34,792 nucleotides of DNA from positions 64,001 through 98,792 of IMG/VR virus record IMGVR_UViG_3300035208_005635; one strand, written 5' to 3'. Under the pieces are notes generated by a model. That model was not told where the DNA came from. It saw nothing but the letters and a program-made list of their open reading frames with translations, and did no database searches. Both the position numbers and the translations under genes were made by a program. Positions within the stretch are counted from its first letter, which is position 1; every line of letters begins with the position of its first letter. Shown in pieces: positions 25,392 through 32,001 of this stretch. Source of the DNA: a virus. Lineage: Duplodnaviria; Heunggongvirae; Uroviricota; Caudoviricetes.

Positions 25392-25814
25392 ATGATTACC
25401 TTCAAAATCACCGGCAGTGATGTAGTAACTAATCAAATTAGAAATGCTCAAAAAGTATATCAGAATACTCTAAGAGCGGCTACTAGAACCGCTGGACTAT
25501 TAGTTGAAAAGCAAGCAAAGATTAATTGTCCTGTAAAAAGCGGTGATTTACGAAGAAGTATTCATAGTCGAGACTCTAAGAAAGGAAATACTTATATCGC
25601 AGAAATAGGACCAGACGAATCTACTGAAAAATATGCTATTGCCGTAGAGATGGGTCATAGCCAAACACCTGGAAGATATGTTCCTGCTTTAGGTAAAAGA
25701 TTAGTAGCCAGTTTTGTTCAGGGAAAATGGTATATGGCTAGGACTGCTTTGCAAACAGAACAAAAAGTAAAAGATATTATAAAAGACGCCTTTAAAATAA
25801 CTTACGGATTATAA
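25392..25814 (+). CDS. HK97 gp10-like neck / tail-completion protein
   Basis: AKINCPVKSGDLRRSI, YAIAVEMGH, G.WYM..A. Confidence 0.85.
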   Translation: MITFKITGSDVVTNQIRNAQKVYQNTLRAATRTAGLLVEKQAKINCPVKSGDLRRSIHSRDSKKGNTYIAEIGPDESTEKYAIAVEMGHSQTPGRYVPALGKRLVASFVQGKWYMARTALQTEQKVKDIIKDAFKITYGL

Positions 25815-25815
25815 T

Positions 25816-26247
25816 ATGTCGACTTTCAAACTACAAGATTTAAAACAACTTGTGTATAACCTGCTTAAAAATGATACTACTCTCATAGGACTTTTGGATG
25901 ACCACGAAAGTATTTATCATTTTTACCCTAAGCAAGAAGACAAAGTTCCTTATCCGATACTTGTTTATAGTATTTTAGGCATTCAGGATAATCAATACGA
26001 TTCTGACATAGACGCGGGAATAAACAAGTTGACTTTAAACATAGATATATTTTCTGATAATAGCTCAACAAAAGAAGTAGACGATATTGCTGACAGAGTT
26101 TACGAATTATTGCACGCTAAGAGTATTTCAGATGATAATATATTAGCCTATACCTGCTACAGAGTCTATCAAGATGAAAGTTTTGAGGATAATTCTCAGA
26201 CTTGGCGTATTAATGCTCGTTACGAAATTACAAATACGAGAAAATAA
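25816..26247 (+). CDS. Tail terminator (SPP1 gp17-like)
   Basis: LVYNLLKND..L..LL, PYPILVY, LNIDIFS, DIADRVYELL; canonical position. Confidence 0.8.
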   Translation: MSTFKLQDLKQLVYNLLKNDTTLIGLLDDHESIYHFYPKQEDKVPYPILVYSILGIQDNQYDSDIDAGINKLTLNIDIFSDNSSTKEVDDIADRVYELLHAKSISDDNILAYTCYRVYQDESFEDNSQTWRINARYEITNTRK

Positions 26248-26266
26248 TTATTAACAGTAAAGAGTT

Positions 26267-26614
26267 ATGGGAATCGAAAAAACAGTCATTGACACAGACA
26301 ATGGCAACAAAAAGCTTCCAAAGTTTCAAGAGATTTTGGAAACTAAATTTAAAACTTGGACAGGTATTAACGACCCTGATTTGTCTGAGGCTCTGAAAGA
26401 TTTATGCGGAGATTCTTTCTTCGAAATGAGAAAGATGACAGCTCAAATCTGTAGAGCGATTGAGGGGGAAGTCTTGGATAAAGAGAAGGCAAAAGTCTTA
26501 ACAAACGCCCTGAAGCTTATTATAGATGATACTTGGAGGAGTATCATCGATAAGCAAAAAGTAGGGGTGGATAAACTTGGTATTCTTGTTCACAAGTATG
26601 CTAAAGATATCTAA
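26267..26614 (+). CDS. Hypothetical helical protein
   Basis: 115-aa ORF between the terminator and tail tube genes. Confidence 0.6.
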   Translation: MGIEKTVIDTDNGNKKLPKFQEILETKFKTWTGINDPDLSEALKDLCGDSFFEMRKMTAQICRAIEGEVLDKEKAKVLTNALKLIIDDTWRSIIDKQKVGVDKLGILVHKYAKDI

Positions 26615-26819
26615 AATAGTTTTTGTCGGAAACGGCAACGCTGTCCATACTTTAAAAAGCGGAGTTAGGGAAATCTTCGAAAAAAATATTCCTAAAGAAG
26701 TAGGAAAAGAAGATGCTGTGATTCTTCTTAAGGCAAGAGGAAGTAAGTGTGATTGTCATAAGCAACCGGCTGTAAAGCTGTTTCTAACTTATGACGAATG
26801 GAAAGAGGTTAATAAATAA
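26598..26819 (+). CDS. Small hypothetical protein
   Basis: ATG26598 (MLKISKIVFVGNG) preferred over TTG26577. Confidence 0.6.
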   Translation: MLKISKIVFVGNGNAVHTLKSGVREIFEKNIPKEVGKEDAVILLKARGSKCDCHKQPAVKLFLTYDEWKEVNK

Positions 26820-26834
26820 CTATAGGAAAATTTT

Positions 26835-27392
26835 ATGGCTATCACAGTCACAAACATCAATACAGCTGGAGCCGAGGTTACTCTCGGTGGAACTGTAGAA
26901 ACTGTCGATGTAGATGGATTTTACATCGGCACTACGGGTGGAACCAATGTTGGTTGCACTAACGGAGGTGTTACTGTCGCATATTCTTTTGAAACAAAAG
27001 ATATTTATTGCGACCAAGTAACTGCCCCTGTCGAAACAGCAATTATAAATGAAACCGCTTCTATCAAGTTTAATATGCTTGAAAGCGATGCTGACAATCT
27101 ACAAATTGCTATTCAGCAATGTGTTTATAGTCAGGATGTTGGAGTTGCTAACAAAATCGGTGTCGGAGGTATCGTTACCGTTAACTTTACTCCTTTAATG
27201 CTTGTCATTAAAGACAACGACGACCAATCCTTAGAAACAACTTGGACTTTCTTCAAGACTATTTCTAAAGGTATTGAAACCAATTTTGAAAGAGAAAACC
27301 CAACTGGTATCAGTGTTACCTTTACAGCTTATGCTGATACATCCCACGCTTCCGGCCATCAACTCTTCGATGTGAATGAGGCTTTGGTCTAA
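26835..27392 (+). CDS. Major tail tube protein
   Basis: VGCTNGGVTVAY, DQVTAPV, ETASIKFNMLE, TNFERENPTGISVTFTAY; precedes the chaperones and tape measure; high-expression codon bias. Confidence 0.85.
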   Translation: MAITVTNINTAGAEVTLGGTVETVDVDGFYIGTTGGTNVGCTNGGVTVAYSFETKDIYCDQVTAPVETAIINETASIKFNMLESDADNLQIAIQQCVYSQDVGVANKIGVGGIVTVNFTPLMLVIKDNDDQSLETTWTFFKTISKGIETNFERENPTGISVTFTAYADTSHASGHQLFDVNEALV

Positions 27393-27419
27393 GCGAGGTT
27401 AATTAAGTAAATAATAATT

Positions 27420-27833
27420 ATGAATGAGTTAAAAACTACTATTGAGGCAACTCTCAATAGTCAAACAATCACAATCAATAAACTTAAAGCGGGCAAGTAT
27501 TATGAAGCCCAAAAGATTTTTATTGGTATGATTGAATCTGTAAGAAAGCAAATCGGTTCTAAAGTTCAGGGAAAAGACATTAAGGACATTAAAGAAGTAG
27601 TAGAGAAAGATTTATCTGGAGTCAACACGGAAACTCTCTACGAGATTTTTCCTAAGGAAGTCGCTAAGTTGGTTTCCTTTTGTATCGATGTTCCTGTCGA
27701 AAAATTATTGACAGAAGCCTACCCTGAAGAAATATCAGATATTGCTGAGAAGGTTATTAAATTGAACAATTTTGCAGAGAACCTAAAAAATTCCGTAGCC
27801 CCTATGGGGAGTCTGGGGGCTCAAAAGAATTAG
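27420..27833 (+). CDS. Tail assembly chaperone G
   Basis: Between tail tube and tape measure; carries the A AAA AAT slippery site near its 3' end. Confidence 0.85.
   Translation: MNELKTTIEATLNSQTITINKLKAGKYYEAQKIFIGMIESVRKQIGSKVQGKDIKDIKEVVEKDLSGVNTETLYEIFPKEVAKLVSFCIDVPVEKLLTEAYPEEISDIAEKVIKLNNFAENLKNSVAPMGSLGAQKN
27785..27821 (+). promoter_or_regulatory. Programmed -1 ribosomal frameshift signal (slippery heptamer plus hairpin)
   Basis: A AAA AAT in X XXY YYZ phase at 27785-27791, 5-nt spacer, stem AGCCCCTA (27797-27804)/TGGGGGCT (27814-27821). The -1 frame is open from 27761 to 28198. Confidence 0.85.
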
Positions 27834-28198
27834 GTCAGCCTAGTGCTAGGGTGTCCCTAATGCCTAAGACTACTTACTTGTCTTGGGCGTTGGACATCCT
27901 AGCGACTAGATACGGTTGGACAAAAAAATATATTTTTGAAAGTTTATACTGGGAAGAATTTAACGAAATCCTAGAAGTGGCAGCAAATAATCTAGTCTAT
28001 GAAAAGAATGAAGAAAGATTTTTTAACTTTCTTCTCCACGCTGGAAGCAAAGATGCTGTCAAATCTTGGAAAGACTCTCAACTTCCGTTTCCTGATAAAG
28101 ATTCTATTGGAAAGAAAAAAACCGCACATTATGGAGGTCTCGACCAAATGCCGAGACACGTGCCTATAAAAAAAGTAAAGCGAAAAAACAATGGCTAG
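27785..28198 (+). CDS. Tail assembly chaperone T moiety (expressed as a GT fusion by -1 frameshift)
   Basis: The -1 frame reads KKFRSPYGESGGSKELGQPSARVSLMPKTTYLSWALDILATRYGWT..., continuous with the 27851 ORF. Confidence 0.8.
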   Translation, partial: KKFRSPYGESGGSKELGQPSARVSLMPKTTYLSWALDILATRYGWTKKYIFESLYWEEFNEILEVAANNLVYEKNEERFFNFLLHAGSKDAVKSWKDSQLPFPDKDSIGKKKTAHYGGLDQMPRHVPIKKVKRKNNG

Positions 28199-31151
28199 TA
28201 AAATAGACATAGTAGTCCAAGCGGTAGACAATCTATCGGCCACAATGAAAAAGATAGAAAGCAATCTGGCTCAATTCTCCAGAAATGCTTCTAATTCAAT
28301 GAGGCAGGTAGAAAATTCTTCGAGAGCAATGTCAACTAATACAGTAGCTTCTGTCAATAAACTTAATGTTTCTTTCCGTTCCCTAACAGTCACTCTTAGA
28401 AGAATGGGTGCGATAGTCGGCTCTATTTACGCTGTTAGAAGTGCTATACAAGGTATTACAAGCCTTACAGACGATTTTATAGCTTTAAATGAAGGTATGG
28501 CAATGGTAAATACTATTGCTCAGAAAGATACTGAAAGCATAAATCAACTAACTAACAGTGTTATTGAGTTGTCTACAAAAACAGGAAAACCCGCCGAAGA
28601 TTTAGCTCGAGGACTATATGATATTTATTCTTCAGGATTTGAAGGAGCTCAGGCAATGGATGTTCTAGAAGAAGCCTCTGAGGGTGCTATTGCAGGTTTC
28701 ACTGAGACTAAAACTTCAGCTCAGATTTTAATGACCGCGATGAACGCCTATAATAAGAAGACAGCTCCTGAGATGAAAGATATTTCCGATACTTTATTTA
28801 AAGTCGTTGACCGTGGTATTGTTACTTATAAAGAACTAGCTCAACAGCTTGGAACTGTTATGGCTGCTGCGGCTCCTTTAGGAGTTGATTTGAATACGAT
28901 AGGTGCCGGAATGGCTCAATTAACCAAGCACGGTATTGACGCGGCTGAAGCAGCAACTTCTTTAGAAGCCTTAATGAGAAGTATTTTAAAACCAACTTCT
29001 GACGCCAAAGATGCGGCTAAAAAATTAGGTTTACAATGGAATACTGAGGCTCTCGAAGCCAAAGGGTTAGGGGGAATGTTGACTGATTTATATAAGGCTA
29101 CAGCAGGAAATGAAACAGCAATGTCAAAAGTTGTTCCTGAACTTAGAGCCTTTAGGTCGGTTATGGTTTTAGCGGCTGACGGAGGCGTAGAATTTGCCCA
29201 CACTCTTGATACTATATCCGACCACGCCGGTGCAATGGACAAGGCTTTATCTAAAGCAGAAGATTCTGTTGCTCAAAGAATGAGAGTAGCAACCGCAGAA
29301 TGGGTGAAATATAAAAATGAATTAGTAGAAAGTTTAACTGAGGTTGAGATAGGTTTTATAAAAACAGCGGCTAATGTAGCTAAATTTATTTCAGAAAATG
29401 TTGATTCTTTCGTTGCTTTATTAAAAGTTATAAGAGACTTGACTGTTGTCTTTACTACTTTTTGGGTAGTAAGTAAAATTTATGCTTGGATAGAAGCAAT
29501 AGCGGCGGCAAAAGCGGCGATAGTTGCTTTATCGCTTCAAGCAGGTAGTGCTACTGTAGCGGTAAACACTCTAAAATTAGCCTTGACACCCTTAATGGGT
29601 TTAGGAATTGTTTTAGCGATTGCTATTCCTGCCTATGAAATTGTTTTATCTCAAATAAATAAGTTAAAAAATGCTTGGGTAGATTTAGCAAACTCTCGTG
29701 GTCAGACTGCGGATATGATAACAGACGCCGCTAAAAATTTAAGGTCAAATGTTAGCAGTGATTTGACATATATACAAGATTTAAAGAAGCAAGCTCAAGA
29801 AAAAGGAAATAATGAAGAATACGCTAGAGCAGTAGAGCAAGAGAATAAAATCATAAAGTTAAAAGAATTAACAAATGAAAAATTAAGAGTTTTGGCTACT
29901 AGAGACTCTAAGGGTAAAGATACTGCTTCTATACCAGACTTAAATAATCAAATAGTTGCTTTAAAAAAAGAAATATCTTCTTTTGGAGATGTTGCTTGGA
30001 AATCTTTAGGGAGTCTTTCTTCAAATATAACTGCTCCTGAAATGGATTTGTCTTCTTCTCCTGTTTTCGGTATGGGCTCGGACGAGCTTGACGATTTCTT
30101 TTCCGATGCTTCTAATAAAACTGCTGATACTATAAAAAAGATTTCTAAAGATATTAGCGATTATTATGCTGACTTAGACGATTATACTAATGATTATATT
30201 AAGACTTTAAATAAACAATCAGACGCCCTCGAAGAGCAGGGTTTAAAATATTCAAGATATTTAGAGGATATAAATACAGATTTATCCAGAACTGAAGAAG
30301 CTCATAAAACAGCCTTAGCCGGAATTAACGAAGACATCCGTAGAAACAATGTTGACTTCGCAGAAAATATGGATGACAGGCTTAAGAAGTTCAACGACAC
30401 AATGAATGAGATGAGAAAGAAACACGGAGATACTATTGAAGATTTACAACACGATATTGAATTAGAAAAAGGATTTGGATTGAGAGCTGACCAAGAAAAA
30501 TTAAAAGAATTAGAGAAAAGACTTGCTAGAGAGAATAGAGATTATGCTGAAAAAACTGCGGATGAGCAAGAACAGTATAACGAAGATATTGCTGATTACA
30601 CAAAAAATAATGACGAAAAATTAGCCGATTTTCAGGATAGGCTCGATGCTGAGCAATTGGCTTACGACCAAAAAATAGCAGATACCCAACTAGCAATGGA
30701 GAGAGAGGCGGCTGATTATGCAAAATCTCAAGACGATATTTTAGCTAAGACTAACGAAACTTTACAAGGAATTGTGGATAGCTATCAAAATGCTTTCTCT
30801 GCTATTTACGACAAAATTAGAGATTCCGGTGTTCCTGATTTATTAGCAATGTTGCCAGAGTTAATGAATATTACAGGAGAGAAATCTATCTCTGGTGTAT
30901 CAATAGACAGAAATCTAGGAGCAGAACAAGAATTTGTAAAAAACTGGGGTGGATTATATGGAAGACTTCCTAATGCCGAAGAAATAAGTTTAGGTGTTTA
31001 TGGAACCAAAACAGGACCTAATACCTCTGCTGGAGTTAATGTTACTATTAATAATCCAGTAGTCAGTAATGCCGAAATGCTTGACCAGCTTTATGACCAG
31101 TTAGTCAATAAAGTTGGCAAGGCTATTGCTAGAGATAAAAGAGGTGCTTAA
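28191..31151 (+). CDS. Tape measure protein (TP901-like N-terminal domain)
   Basis: DIVVQAVDNLS, GKPAEDLARGLYDIYSSG, AQQLGTVMAAAAPLGVDL, AATSL..LMRSILKP; long amphipathic and coiled-coil repeats; 986 aa. Confidence 0.95.
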   Translation: MASKIDIVVQAVDNLSATMKKIESNLAQFSRNASNSMRQVENSSRAMSTNTVASVNKLNVSFRSLTVTLRRMGAIVGSIYAVRSAIQGITSLTDDFIALNEGMAMVNTIAQKDTESINQLTNSVIELSTKTGKPAEDLARGLYDIYSSGFEGAQAMDVLEEASEGAIAGFTETKTSAQILMTAMNAYNKKTAPEMKDISDTLFKVVDRGIVTYKELAQQLGTVMAAAAPLGVDLNTIGAGMAQLTKHGIDAAEAATSLEALMRSILKPTSDAKDAAKKLGLQWNTEALEAKGLGGMLTDLYKATAGNETAMSKVVPELRAFRSVMVLAADGGVEFAHTLDTISDHAGAMDKALSKAEDSVAQRMRVATAEWVKYKNELVESLTEVEIGFIKTAANVAKFISENVDSFVALLKVIRDLTVVFTTFWVVSKIYAWIEAIAAAKAAIVALSLQAGSATVAVNTLKLALTPLMGLGIVLAIAIPAYEIVLSQINKLKNAWVDLANSRGQTADMITDAAKNLRSNVSSDLTYIQDLKKQAQEKGNNEEYARAVEQENKIIKLKELTNEKLRVLATRDSKGKDTASIPDLNNQIVALKKEISSFGDVAWKSLGSLSSNITAPEMDLSSSPVFGMGSDELDDFFSDASNKTADTIKKISKDISDYYADLDDYTNDYIKTLNKQSDALEEQGLKYSRYLEDINTDLSRTEEAHKTALAGINEDIRRNNVDFAENMDDRLKKFNDTMNEMRKKHGDTIEDLQHDIELEKGFGLRADQEKLKELEKRLARENRDYAEKTADEQEQYNEDIADYTKNNDEKLADFQDRLDAEQLAYDQKIADTQLAMEREAADYAKSQDDILAKTNETLQGIVDSYQNAFSAIYDKIRDSGVPDLLAMLPELMNITGEKSISGVSIDRNLGAEQEFVKNWGGLYGRLPNAEEISLGVYGTKTGPNTSAGVNVTINNPVVSNAEMLDQLYDQLVNKVGKAIARDKRGA

Positions 31152-31169
31152 TAATTAAACATTAATCTT

Positions 31170-31934
31170 ATGAGTTCTTCTGTTTCATTCAACAATCATT
31201 CTCTGCAAGACGATAATATTATTACAGAAAAAGTTTTTCATTTATCGGTTCCTGAAATTAACCAAGTTTTAGAGGCGAAATCTAGACGAAATGGAAGTCT
31301 TTTGATGTCTAATTATTTCACTCAAAGAAGAATAAGAATGGAGGGTGTTATAAAAGATACATCTATTGAAGCCTTAGACACTAGAATAGATTTAATAAAA
31401 TCTTATTTAGTAGGGGAAGAGAAAAACTTAGACATAGGATATATTACAGGAACACGGAGATATATTGCAACTCTTAGTAATCTGACTGTTGAGCGTGAGC
31501 ATTATAATACAAACTGGACTCCGTTCTCTATGGAGTTTGCTTGTGCCGAGCCTTTTGGAAGGGACACAACTAATACTGAAATATCGTCTAACGGAAATAC
31601 TACTTCTCCTTTTAGCGAGGTTTTCATAATACCCGGAACTATCGGAGCCTGCCCAGTAATCACTTTAACCTTAAATACAGGAGATAATGTCACGGCTATA
31701 AAGGTTGAGAATGCTACTACGGATGAATATATGACAATTACAAGAGATTATTCTAATAGTGATATTTTAGAAGTTGATTGTCTTAATATGACAGTAAAAG
31801 CAAACACAGTCGCAGTAGATTATTTAGGAGTTTTCCCTAGCTTTGACTCTGGTTCTAATACTCTAAGAATTACAGTTACAGGCACTCCGTTTAATATTGA
31901 TTTAGACATCTCTTATTTATCTTTATATTTATAA
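31170..31934 (+). CDS. Distal tail protein (Dit)
   Basis: Immediately after the tape measure; RRIRMEG, FACAEPFG, PGTIGACPVITL, FPSFDSGSNTLRI. Confidence 0.85.
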   Translation: MSSSVSFNNHSLQDDNIITEKVFHLSVPEINQVLEAKSRRNGSLLMSNYFTQRRIRMEGVIKDTSIEALDTRIDLIKSYLVGEEKNLDIGYITGTRRYIATLSNLTVEREHYNTNWTPFSMEFACAEPFGRDTTNTEISSNGNTTSPFSEVFIIPGTIGACPVITLTLNTGDNVTAIKVENATTDEYMTITRDYSNSDILEVDCLNMTVKANTVAVDYLGVFPSFDSGSNTLRITVTGTPFNIDLDISYLSLYL

Positions 31935-32001
31935 ATATTAGAATACCTATTTTTTGGTTTTAAAAATAATATAGTAGTTTGTAAGATTTGAAATAAACTA
32001 T

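Noticed and set aside
814-31693. Other short ORFs in the track that lie wholly or mostly within assigned genes (e.g. 814, 2150, 2967, 3194, 4809, 9563, 9828, 9991, 11929, 13810, 16073, 17085, 18270, 18647, 23175, 23724, 26820, 27992, 28916, 30526, 31502)
   Set aside because: Antisense or off-frame to well-supported genes, with no motifs and no typical start context.
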